DNA of 29,866 nucleotides from a virus (lineage: Duplodnaviria; Heunggongvirae; Uroviricota; Caudoviricetes), in IMG/VR virus record IMGVR_UViG_3300028908_000001, positions 64,001 through 93,866 of that record. One strand, written 5' to 3'. Positions 1 to 8,432 of the stretch are shown here, piece after piece. The translations under genes were made by a program, and so were the position numbers. The notes beneath the pieces are model-generated. The model saw nothing but the letters and a program-made list of their open reading frames with translations. It did no database searches and was not told the origin of the DNA. Every line of letters starts with the position of its first letter. Positions within the stretch are counted from its first letter, which is position 1.

Positions 1-1761
1 AACTGCGGTCAGTGGGGCGCGGCATTCTTCCCTATTTATATGCCCGAGTCGTCGTACTCGCTGACCTATGTAGATGATCCTGAGGCTCCTACACCGTACA
101 CGAAATTGGAATACGCGGGTGCGGCTTTTAGAGGCCCCGTGCGGCGGGTACATTATGATTGGGCGAACAACCCCAATGACTGGGAGTTTGTGACGCGCCA
201 GCAATTGCCGACTGGTGGCGAAAATGTTCACATATTGTCCTGTTTTGACAGCAGCGGCGATCCTATCCAAGGCGCGGCTACTGTCACAAGAGACGGTGGT
301 ACGCCAGATACACGCTACAGGTTCGAGTGGATTTGTTTGATGGCCCCCGCCAAGCACGAGATAACATGCGACGCGGGTACGTTCTATACCTATACGTCAC
401 CCCAGCTTTATAGCGTTATCGCGATGAAGCGTGCATACATAGTAAGCAATTCCAGCACATGGACCGACGTAAGCAACAATGTGAAGCGAATTTCGATTTC
501 TGCTGGTGAAGACGGTCGTATTACAGGCCAGTTGACTTTGGACCGCCGTGCATTCAGCGACAGCAAGGCCCAGAACTGGCTGAAGTACAGACGCCGCGTG
601 GTGAACCTGCAGGCAGGGTGGGCCGATAGTGCGGGGAACCACATAACAGCCGACGGGGCCGCCAAACTGTATGGTTTCGCCACGCGCCCGCAGGCACTTC
701 AAGGACGCGGCATCAAGGCAGAACTGGAGTTCCCGTTGATGGATTATATCTCCACGTTGGCAGCCGAAGGCCGAGGCATTGACCTGCCGCCGGGTGATGG
801 GTTCCAGCTCAAGTGGCTCCTCGAATATATCTTGGAGAGCGTGGGTATTGGCCCCGACTTATATACGCCGCCGTTTGGAGATGTGGATAAGGGCGTAGAG
901 GACTTGGGGATATATGTACCCGTAGGTGATCTGGCAGCCCCCGCCTTCAAGTTGTCGCCGCGCAGCACACTGATGACACTCATACAAAAGTTGCAGATAC
1001 TGGGCTTGGGTGCCCGCTTGTGGCAGAATGGCGAGTACGTAACATGGTCATGCCAGTGGTGTGGTCGCAAGCGCAACAACACGCCCGGCGATACACATTA
1101 TTGGTACAATCATGTTGTCGGCGGCCCCAAGTCGGCGGGCTGTCGCGCATGGGATATGGAACGCACGGGCACATCCTACCTGCACAGCAATGGTTTGTAT
1201 TACGGCATAGACTTGGAAGTTTTCTTAGGCATTAGCCACGCACCGCTGAGTGTACAAGCCGGTGTTGAAGTTCTGAAAGGCGATCTGCTGGGGCCTATCG
1301 AGCGTCCCGAGCTGACACGCGCGGAGGACTTGTACACCACAGTCAAAGTATATGGCCAGACCTACTATCTCGGTAGCCGCGGCCAGCGTGAATTGCGCGA
1401 GTACACCATCACACTCCCGAATTGGGATGCCATCAAGGACAGCACACACCCCGATTATATAGGCCACGAGAAGGTCTATGCTATTGGCCCCGAAGCGTGG
1501 TTGCGGGATGTTAGGTGGCTGCGGGCCATAGGGTTAGTGGAATACTACAAGCGCTGCTTCAGTTGGCCGCGTGTTGCTGTGCGGGTGCCGTTCTGGCCCG
1601 CGGCCAACCTTGGGAAGGTTTTCATCATCTACTGTGATGATACATTGGGGCTTAACAACACCATCTGGCGGATAGTATCATACCGACACAACTTGGATGC
1701 CACGGCTGGGAACTTGGCCAGCTACGGCAGCACCGAACTGGTGGGCATCAAAATATCATGA
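1..1761 (+). CDS. Putative phage tail/baseplate hub-type structural protein (5' truncated)
   Basis: Frame is open from base 1 (NCGQWGAAFFPIY precedes the Met at 40). The C-terminus VAVRVPFWPAANLGKVFII..IWRIVSYRHNLD resembles tail hub protein C-termini, and the gene context fits. Confidence 0.55.
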   Translation, partial: NCGQWGAAFFPIYMPESSYSLTYVDDPEAPTPYTKLEYAGAAFRGPVRRVHYDWANNPNDWEFVTRQQLPTGGENVHILSCFDSSGDPIQGAATVTRDGGTPDTRYRFEWICLMAPAKHEITCDAGTFYTYTSPQLYSVIAMKRAYIVSNSSTWTDVSNNVKRISISAGEDGRITGQLTLDRRAFSDSKAQNWLKYRRRVVNLQAGWADSAGNHITADGAAKLYGFATRPQALQGRGIKAELEFPLMDYISTLAAEGRGIDLPPGDGFQLKWLLEYILESVGIGPDLYTPPFGDVDKGVEDLGIYVPVGDLAAPAFKLSPRSTLMTLIQKLQILGLGARLWQNGEYVTWSCQWCGRKRNNTPGDTHYWYNHVVGGPKSAGCRAWDMERTGTSYLHSNGLYYGIDLEVFLGISHAPLSVQAGVEVLKGDLLGPIERPELTRAEDLYTTVKVYGQTYYLGSRGQRELREYTITLPNWDAIKDSTHPDYIGHEKVYAIGPEAWLRDVRWLRAIGLVEYYKRCFSWPRVAVRVPFWPAANLGKVFIIYCDDTLGLNNTIWRIVSYRHNLDATAGNLASYGSTELVGIKIS

Positions 1762-1934
1762 TTGACTTCTTGGAGCTATTCAAGGAGCTTGAGGATCGGG
1801 GCTATGACCCTTCTGCTCTCTTGGATTACCTACAAAGAGAGCTAGCCCCTGCTATCACACCAGATGAAGAATGCATGATAGACCCCGACACGAATGAGCC
1901 TTACACAGGCTACGATTGGGGTACATACCAATAG
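1758..1934 (+). CDS. Small acidic hypothetical protein (58 aa, MIDFLELFKELEDRGYDP...)
   Basis: ATGA overlap with the upstream stop. It fills the 1761-1945 gap exactly and is absent from the ORF track. Confidence 0.7.
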   Translation: MIDFLELFKELEDRGYDPSALLDYLQRELAPAITPDEECMIDPDTNEPYTGYDWGTYQ

Positions 1935-1944
1935 GTGATGGCCG

Positions 1945-2907
1945 ATGGGCAACGCTACAGATGGGCTGCTTGGAGTACACATCGACAGAGATACGAGTGA
2001 CGCGCCGCTGGCGGATGACCACAATGAGCTGGCGCGGTGGCTGACAGTTATATGCCGCACGCTTATTGGCGGCCCACTCGAAGAAGGTTTCCTGCATGGT
2101 GGCCACCCGACGATTGATACCACCACGGGGCGCGTATCTGCTGGCACACTAATAGGGTTCGCTGGCGGCCGCCCGATATACATGACTTCTGAGCTTGAGA
2201 AGTCAAGCTCGGCGGCTAACGGCACAACCACATCCCTGACAGACAGTAACCTCTACGGCGAAGATGACTTCTGGGTGGGCGCATGGGTAACATTCACCTC
2301 CGGCAGCAATTCGGGCGAGTCGCGGCAAATAACGGGATATGACAGCGCAACGGCCACGCTGTCGTGGGATACGCCGCTGTCTAATTCCGTGAGCACGGGC
2401 GACGGCTACGTTGTTTCGTTCTTCTATGTTCAGGATATACTGGTAGATGGGACACGTTATGTATTCGCCCGCTCGTTGCAGAAGACAATTTATTATGCCG
2501 CGGGCAGTCCGAGTCCGGTGTATGCGCCCGCCGAGTTTGTGGCGCGGTCGTCGTCTACGCCTGCGAGCGGCGAAGTGCTCATTGCCACGGTTACAGTCAG
2601 TGGGGGTTCGATTACGGCCGCCACGGCGGCGGGCAACAAACTATACTCTCACATGGGGCAGTGGACCCAGCTATCTGGTTCCGGAACTGCCCTCAGTGTG
2701 CCGCCGGGGAGCTACATCGACGTTACGATTAGTCATGACCAGCTTGCCCAGCTTGGCGGCATTACAGTGTCGTGTGATAGCCCGCACACCATCACAGTGA
2801 TAGAGCACTGGAAGGACGACGAGTTCAAGGTGCGCATCACCAATGAGGACAGCTACTCACGGGACATTAACTTCACGTGGACACGAGCTGGGCGGCTACT
2901 TGAGTAG
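1945..2907 (+). CDS. Putative virion structural protein, Ser/Thr/Gly-rich and beta-rich (tail fibre/baseplate-like)
   Basis: Module TTTSLTDS..DDFWVGAWVTFTSGSNSGESRQITGYDSATATLSW is of a kind seen in phage tail proteins; it follows the tail-like gene. Confidence 0.55.
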   Translation: MGNATDGLLGVHIDRDTSDAPLADDHNELARWLTVICRTLIGGPLEEGFLHGGHPTIDTTTGRVSAGTLIGFAGGRPIYMTSELEKSSSAANGTTTSLTDSNLYGEDDFWVGAWVTFTSGSNSGESRQITGYDSATATLSWDTPLSNSVSTGDGYVVSFFYVQDILVDGTRYVFARSLQKTIYYAAGSPSPVYAPAEFVARSSSTPASGEVLIATVTVSGGSITAATAAGNKLYSHMGQWTQLSGSGTALSVPPGSYIDVTISHDQLAQLGGITVSCDSPHTITVIEHWKDDEFKVRITNEDSYSRDINFTWTRAGRLLE

Positions 2908-2909
2908 CA

Positions 2910-3890
2910 ATGCCAAAGCTGACGATTAGTGACGGCCGCTTGGTCATACGGGGACCTTCGGGCACACGCTATGTATTCGAGCGCGGGCAGTCCACGGAAG
3001 TTTTAGCAGAGGATGTGGAATACATTATGGCCACCGGGAAGCTATTCTCCTACTGGCAAGAGCAAATGGCCGCGCCGCAAAGGCAAATGCCGCTGCATAT
3101 CATTCGCCATCCGGGTTTGGGCGATAAAGTCTTTGCATTGGCCGCCGCGTGGGCCTTCAAACAAGAACACCCCGACATCACCATCTACTTCGAGACACAC
3201 GATTACTGCAAGAACTGGATTGAACGGGTGCCGTTTGTGCGATTCGGTCGCCCCGCCGAACTCGCTCAAACTGTCGATTTTGACAACATCCCTGCCAATG
3301 CGGGCGACCGCTGTAAGCTCTTCGGCAGGATGCTTGGCGTAGAAGTCAACGACATACGCTTCCCCGTGGAAACCTTTCCTTATTGGCGGCCGCTGCCTGA
3401 ACAGTATGCGGTATTCGCGCCGTGGTGCGGCCCTTGGAAACTGCGTAGTTTGCCACAGGATACCATCAAAGCCGCCCTACGGCACTTTACCGACGTTCCG
3501 CTTGCCATTGTATCAAAGGACCCTTGTCCGTTTCCGTCGTCGCATATCGATTTAACTGGCCCGCGCCAGGGGCCACTGGAGTGCTTGTGGGACATCCTTG
3601 GCAGCGCGGCGGCTGTTATCTCCGTCGATACCGGCATAACGTGGATGGCCGCCGCGTTGGGGAAGCCGACATTAGCATTCTTCGGGCACGTTCCTCCCCA
3701 AGACCGCGCGGCCGCCTGCCACACAGTCTATATCGTCGAGCCGCATATGGACTGCCCGATGTTTCCCTGTGGGGATCACGGTGCACCACCGGCCCCCTGC
3801 GGGGCCACAGAAGAACCCAAGTGCATGAAGGCATACACCCCAGAGGTTGTCCTCTGGAAAATCCGAGAGTTCTTGGCGATGGTGCTATGA
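2910..3890 (+). CDS. Glycosyltransferase family 9 (heptosyltransferase-like) with N-terminal extension
   Basis: GLGDKVFALAAAWAFKQEHP, AVISVDTGITWMAAALGKPTLAFFG and a C-terminal Cys cluster (CPMFPC..C..C) match WaaF/WaaC/WaaQ-type GT9. Confidence 0.88.
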   Translation: MPKLTISDGRLVIRGPSGTRYVFERGQSTEVLAEDVEYIMATGKLFSYWQEQMAAPQRQMPLHIIRHPGLGDKVFALAAAWAFKQEHPDITIYFETHDYCKNWIERVPFVRFGRPAELAQTVDFDNIPANAGDRCKLFGRMLGVEVNDIRFPVETFPYWRPLPEQYAVFAPWCGPWKLRSLPQDTIKAALRHFTDVPLAIVSKDPCPFPSSHIDLTGPRQGPLECLWDILGSAAAVISVDTGITWMAAALGKPTLAFFGHVPPQDRAAACHTVYIVEPHMDCPMFPCGDHGAPPAPCGATEEPKCMKAYTPEVVLWKIREFLAMVL

Positions 3891-4870
3891 ATATCTTATT
3901 TATTAGCCCCACGAGTTACACCGGCGGCGGCCAGCGCTGGCTGCAGATGCTGACTGGTGGCCTGACCGAACGTGGCCACCAGTGCAAGATTATCTTTTCC
4001 GAACGGGGACACCCCGGCACAATCTTCCACAACATCCTGCATGACATGGTGTTGCACCATCTCTGTTACAGGTGTTTCGAGTACGATTGGCCTGCCCGCG
4101 TGGCCGCTGCAATCGATGAGCACGAAATCGATGTGCTGGTTGTAGAACATTCGGAACGCATCGACGAGATAATTCCGTTGTGTAAGCGGCCGCCGCGGGT
4201 TGTGTTTGTAGACCACACTATGTGCCGCGAAACTGTAGACCAACTACGGGCCGTTGACGCTTGGGTTGATGAAGTGGTCTGCGTGTCGCACAAGATAGCA
4301 GCGAAGATAGACTGGTGCCCCGCAAAGGTGATACACAATGCCTGCCCGCCGGTGCCGAAGCTGGGGATAAACGTCCGCGAGTTCATGGGCATCCCCAAGG
4401 ATGCATTCGTGGTTGGCTACATCGGCCGCGTGGACCGCAACAAGACCGTGGACCATCTGGTTGGCGCAGCTATCAATCGCGGCTGGTGGCTGCTGATTGT
4501 CGGCCGCGGGCCGCTAATGGGCCATATCGCCAGCACGCAATACCCCCAGCTCAAAGTATTCCCAACCGATGTCTATTATGTCGGCGATTGGTACGAAGCG
4601 ATGGACGTATTCTGCTTGCCTTCTGAAGAAGAGGGCTTCCCCCTGACACCGTTGGAGGCGTTGTCGTGTGGTTGCCGCGTGGCGATGACACCAGTTTCGG
4701 ACTTCCCTGAGCTGTTCGGCGATAGCATAGCATTCTTCCCTCACAGGAGTGTTGAGTTGGTGGCCGCCGTGGAGAATGCGCCGCCGCCGGATGAGGCGCA
4801 GGCCATCATGCATGAGCAGCTTGGCCTCGACCGGATGATTGAGCAGTACTTGGAAGTTCTGGAGGGCTAA
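3887..4870 (+). CDS. Glycosyltransferase family 4 (GT-B, retaining)
   Basis: Start at ATG 3887 (ATGA overlap). MNILFISP..GGGQRW N-terminus; VGYIGRVDRNK; DVFCLPSEEEGFPLTPLEALSCG (E-x7-E motif). Confidence 0.92.
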   Translation: MNILFISPTSYTGGGQRWLQMLTGGLTERGHQCKIIFSERGHPGTIFHNILHDMVLHHLCYRCFEYDWPARVAAAIDEHEIDVLVVEHSERIDEIIPLCKRPPRVVFVDHTMCRETVDQLRAVDAWVDEVVCVSHKIAAKIDWCPAKVIHNACPPVPKLGINVREFMGIPKDAFVVGYIGRVDRNKTVDHLVGAAINRGWWLLIVGRGPLMGHIASTQYPQLKVFPTDVYYVGDWYEAMDVFCLPSEEEGFPLTPLEALSCGCRVAMTPVSDFPELFGDSIAFFPHRSVELVAAVENAPPPDEAQAIMHEQLGLDRMIEQYLEVLEG

Positions 4871-4873
4871 CAC

Positions 4874-5629
4874 ATGAACTTCGGCATGATCTGGGAAGTA
4901 GACAAGAAACACAAAATTGCCAAAATTACATTCTGGGATGGATTTGTGATGTACATGCCCCATCGGGGCAAGTGGGACTGCGAGGCTTTTCGCAACTACA
5001 ATTCCGTTGTACTGCTCGACCAGTACCGTGCGGGCGATTTCATACACAAAGACGACATAGTAATCGACGCGGGTGCTCATGTGGGCTTGTTCTCGTATTG
5101 GGCCGCGCAGCGCGGGGCCATCATTCACGCATTTGAACCGTATCAGCCCAATATCGAAGCATTTCGGTTACTACTCGGGGAGTATTCGCTCGAAGACAAA
5201 GTGGTGATCGTCGGCCGCGCGTTGAGTGACGAAGGCGGCCGCGTGCCATTCTGGGAGCACCCTGAGAACACGGGTAGCGGGCGCATAACCATCGAGGGCT
5301 TCGGCACCACGGAAGTGGAGGCACAGCGTTTGGATGACTGGGTAGCAGATGCGAAGCTTGAGCACGTTGACTTTATCAAGATAGATACTGAAGGCCACGA
5401 GCGGCAGGTTCTACGCGGCGCGACAGAAACAATTAGGCAGTTTCGGCCTGTGATAGCCGCCTCAGCCTATCACTTCCCCGAAGACGAGAAGGACCTGCCT
5501 CGGCTTGTCAACGACATCGTGGACGGCTATCATATCGTCGTAGAACGCGCGCGGGGCTATTTACCATGCGAGAAAGTGATGTTCGCTGTGCCGGAGGAAC
5601 GTCTTGGAAGCCATAATCCTTGGGCTTGA
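4874..5629 (+). CDS. FkbM-family SAM-dependent methyltransferase
   Basis: VIDAGAHVGLFS, IHAFEP and LDDW..VDFIKIDTEGHERQVLRGA motifs. Confidence 0.92.
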   Translation: MNFGMIWEVDKKHKIAKITFWDGFVMYMPHRGKWDCEAFRNYNSVVLLDQYRAGDFIHKDDIVIDAGAHVGLFSYWAAQRGAIIHAFEPYQPNIEAFRLLLGEYSLEDKVVIVGRALSDEGGRVPFWEHPENTGSGRITIEGFGTTEVEAQRLDDWVADAKLEHVDFIKIDTEGHERQVLRGATETIRQFRPVIAASAYHFPEDEKDLPRLVNDIVDGYHIVVERARGYLPCEKVMFAVPEERLGSHNPWA

Positions 5630-6599
5630 TGGATTGGAACCTTCGTTGGCCCGCCGGTATGATTGTCTTTCGCTGGAGTATCGGGGCTTCACGCAAGCCG
5701 AAACGAGCAAGACGCCCGTGGCGTGGACAGAGTTCGCCACGGGGCTGTCCATGTCAGAACACGGCATAACCGATTTCTGGCATCCTTCCGGCAGGGCATG
5801 GCTGAGCACCGACATCAAGCGGCCTTCCTACTGGTGGAATAGGCTTGACTATACTGTTGGGGTATTGGATGTGCCCGTTGTTACCAGCCCCGCGCGACCA
5901 ATAAACGGCTGGATGGTTGGCGGGCACACCATATATCCAGAGAGCAGGTGGCCCGCCGACCTGCCGGAGATAGACCCCCGCTACGACGCTTACGATTTCC
6001 CCGTGGGTTGGGCGCAGCTTGCTTGGGATCACGAGCCGCTGTGGGCAGAAGTTATCAAACAGATTGATGTTTGTGTTGCCTTCGCGAGGTATCATGTGAG
6101 GACAACGAAGGAAGCGATAGAGAGGCTGATGGCCGCGCGGCCGGTAGACATACTCGTCGTCTACCAGCACATCTCGGACAACATCGGCCATGGGTTCCTC
6201 ACCTGGCATCGTGAAGTATGCGAACAAACCTACTACATGCTGAATGCCCTGGCGCGGTGGCTGTGGAAGACCTATGATCCCGAGCTAAAGATTGTGCTGA
6301 GTGACCACGGGATGGTACCTGTTGAGCAAGATAGCCTTCGCCACCACCGGCGGCAGGTAACAGTAGATGGTCAAGTTACCTGGGAAGGCATGTTGAACGT
6401 GCCGCGCTTCGGGCAATTGTACACCCTCTGTTCGGGGGCGCATTCCGACGACCCGCCCGGGCACTTAGCTTCCAATCATCCGATGTTCCAAGGCACGTGG
6501 CGCTTGCGTGATATAGGCGACGCGATTGTGGGTATACTACAACCGGCGGCCGCCGGGGATGATGTTAGACATCACCTCGCAGCGTTGGGCTATCTATAA
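5604..6599 (+). CDS. Alkaline-phosphatase-superfamily enzyme (type I phosphodiesterase/nucleotide pyrophosphatase-like)
   Basis: TTG start after GGAGG. Motifs IILGLDG, KTPVAWTEFATG (Thr nucleophile region), DNIGH, VLSDHG and a C-terminal HLAALGYL. Confidence 0.82.
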   Translation: MEAIILGLDGLEPSLARRYDCLSLEYRGFTQAETSKTPVAWTEFATGLSMSEHGITDFWHPSGRAWLSTDIKRPSYWWNRLDYTVGVLDVPVVTSPARPINGWMVGGHTIYPESRWPADLPEIDPRYDAYDFPVGWAQLAWDHEPLWAEVIKQIDVCVAFARYHVRTTKEAIERLMAARPVDILVVYQHISDNIGHGFLTWHREVCEQTYYMLNALARWLWKTYDPELKIVLSDHGMVPVEQDSLRHHRRQVTVDGQVTWEGMLNVPRFGQLYTLCSGAHSDDPPGHLASNHPMFQGTWRLRDIGDAIVGILQPAAAGDDVRHHLAALGYL

Positions 6600-6620
6600 T
6601 AGCACTCGGAGGAAGCCAAC

Positions 6621-7046
6621 ATGGGCAGTGACTCTATGCGGGCGTTTCTGGAAGAGAAAGAAGCCTATGAAATATTCAACCTCGCAGCGTGGCCCCTATG
6701 GAATGATGCTTGTGCATTGATTGTGCTGCGCTGCGATGAGAAGAGATGCAAGCTCATACAACAGCTTGCCAAAGGCTCAGTCAAAACCCATCTTGTAGAT
6801 AGCCACACGATTGTGCTTTACAAATACGATTGGGCGTTGGAACTGTATAAAGCAGCGCAGCAAATAGAAGACCCGCGCTTGCGAGTGGCTCTTGTCGCCC
6901 TCCTCACAGGGGGAGCACCCCGAAGCATTCACGACACGCTGGAATGGATTGAGGACGAGAGCGAAGAAGCATTAGAAATAGCCCTGCTCGAAGCGGGGCT
7001 ACTAAGCGAGGAGCATGGCAATGGTCAAGGTAATACTGGAGTATAA
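6621..7046 (+). CDS. Hypothetical protein
   Basis: GGAGG RBS at 6608; it fills the gap inside the operon. No family recognised. Confidence 0.7.
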   Translation: MGSDSMRAFLEEKEAYEIFNLAAWPLWNDACALIVLRCDEKRCKLIQQLAKGSVKTHLVDSHTIVLYKYDWALELYKAAQQIEDPRLRVALVALLTGGAPRSIHDTLEWIEDESEEALEIALLEAGLLSEEHGNGQGNTGV

Positions 7047-7968
7047 TGGCCACCGCAGCGAACAAGTCGTAGAACCAATCATGGAGTTCCGCGACAAGCG
7101 TTTAGCTCTTCCTTCCGACTTCTTGGAAGCCCGCACGGTGGCCGTCGTCCGCGACGGCGGCCTCGGCGACGTCATCATGCTCACGGCGGCCATCCATCGT
7201 ATGGTGGAACTCTATCCCCACCTGCGCGTTGACTACTACGTCAACCCCATCTACGTGGAACTCTTCAAAGGTGACCCCTATATTGCTGATTGTCGCCCGC
7301 TGCAGGCCCTCGACAAGCGGTTCTATGATCTTGTGCTCGACTGCCGCCAGGTCGTGGAGAAGAGTCACCATGCGAAAGAAATAGACCGCGTTACGCTGTT
7401 CTCGATGCGACTTATCGGCGAAGAACCCCGCGAAGGCCCACGACTCTTCTTGCAGCCCCTGACTGGCGAACGTCATTGGCATGTGGACTCACTACTACAA
7501 CAAGCCACGGGCAAGCGCGTGGCCATTGCCCCTCGGTCAGCCTCTCCCTATCGCGATTGGCCCCATGCCAACGAACTGGCACGGCTCATAAAACAAAGCG
7601 GTAATACCCCCTACATCATAGATCATCACGATGAGAAGCTGGCCGCCGTGCCGGAGGCTATCCCTGCGAAGCTCGATCCTCTGCAGATAGCGTGGTTCCT
7701 TAAAGAAGTAGACGTGCTGGTCAGTACCGACACTGGCGTCTACCATGTGGCGGGGGCCGTCGAAGATGGGCCGTTCATGGTGGTTCTCTTCGGAAGTATC
7801 TTCCCGCCGCGCTTGCGCATGGCATGGTACAAGAACTACACAGCGCTGTTTGACCCGTCTTTGCCGTGTTTGGGATGTGATATGAGTCCCAAGTGTAAGC
7901 CGCCCGCGCCGTGCTTGGCGAACATCTCTGCGGAGCGCGTGTGGGAGACCATCGCGGGGCGGCTATAG
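7015..7968 (+). CDS. Glycosyltransferase family 9 (heptosyltransferase-like), second copy
   Basis: RDGGLGDVIMLTAAIHRMVELYP; DVLVSTDTGVYHVAGAV; C-terminal CLGC..C..PCL..ISAERVW. Confidence 0.9.
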   Translation: MAMVKVILEYNGHRSEQVVEPIMEFRDKRLALPSDFLEARTVAVVRDGGLGDVIMLTAAIHRMVELYPHLRVDYYVNPIYVELFKGDPYIADCRPLQALDKRFYDLVLDCRQVVEKSHHAKEIDRVTLFSMRLIGEEPREGPRLFLQPLTGERHWHVDSLLQQATGKRVAIAPRSASPYRDWPHANELARLIKQSGNTPYIIDHHDEKLAAVPEAIPAKLDPLQIAWFLKEVDVLVSTDTGVYHVAGAVEDGPFMVVLFGSIFPPRLRMAWYKNYTALFDPSLPCLGCDMSPKCKPPAPCLANISAERVWETIAGRL

Positions 7969-8047
7969 TGGAGGCGGCGGGAATCGAACCCGCGTCCGCC
8001 CCGGCGGGCTAATAGCCGCGCCGAGAACGTCGAGGCCTTCCGCCCCC
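7969..8047 (-). ncRNA. Miniature tmRNA: tRNA-like domain only, with no tag reading frame or pseudoknots
   Basis: Minus strand reads GGGGGCG GAAGGCCTCGAC GTTCTCGGCGCGGCTATTAGCCCGCCGGGGC GGAC GCGGG TTCGATT CCCGC CGCCTCC A. It has a 7-bp acceptor stem with G3:U and discriminator A, a stemless D-loop ending TCGAC, the GGAC linker and a canonical T arm, all as in ssrA. Confidence 0.85.
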
Positions 8048-8050
8048 CCA

Positions 8051-8389
8051 TCAATGTCCGAACAACATCTTGGCCGCCGCGAATGGGGCGCAAGTCAACG
8101 CAACCCACGAAAACCACAACCGCCACAGGGCGAACACCGCCACGATGACCGCTACTCCTATCATGGCCCAGCAGCCGTTGATCTCCGCCTGCAGCATTGA
8201 GTCGAAGTTGCCTTCCTCTGCTATGATTTGTTCTAGGCTGCGTTTGCGCCGATAAAAATGTCGCCCAACAAGCGCGGCGGCCACCAGCAAAACAACCGCA
8301 AACACCATCCCAGCGATTGCTTGCAGCCTGACGTATGCTAACGCGGATGCCCACATATGATTGCCGATATTGACAACAAAGTCACTCAT
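8051..8389 (-). CDS. Small two-TM membrane protein
   Basis: Two hydrophobic stretches (AIAGMVFAVVLLVAAALVG; WAMIGVAVIVAVFALW); co-oriented with the arm. Confidence 0.7.
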   Translation of the reverse strand: MSDFVVNIGNHMWASALAYVRLQAIAGMVFAVVLLVAAALVGRHFYRRKRSLEQIIAEEGNFDSMLQAEINGCWAMIGVAVIVAVFALWRLWFSWVALTCAPFAAAKMLFGH

Positions 8390-8432
8390 TGTGGGACACC
8401 CCCAGTATCTATCTACCTATACAGCGAGCACT

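Noticed and set aside
3524-3886. N-terminal 121 aa of the 448-aa ORF in the track
   Set aside because: It overlaps the GT9 gene in another frame. The GT4 fold starts at MNILFISP (3887) with an ATGA overlap.
2910-7968. GT cassette as a DNA hypermodification (base glycosylation) system
   Set aside because: No hydroxymethylase, thymidylate-synthase-like or TET/JBP gene providing an acceptor base is in the window, and the cassette is linked to tail genes. It remains possible if such genes lie elsewhere.
7969-8000. ssrA/tRNA 3' fragment as a simple attP/attR integration scar
   Set aside because: Integration scars usually duplicate only the 3' part. Here the complementary 5' acceptor strand and D-loop are present and close a complete fold, and no integrase is in the window. 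Not fully excluded without the rest of the genome.
8005-8020. Hairpin apex CU-AUU-AG read as the anticodon loop of a normal tRNA (Asn)
   Set aside because: There is no D stem, the stem is about 12-13 bp rather than 5, the loop can close to 3 nt, and the D-loop and GGAC linker are tmRNA-type.
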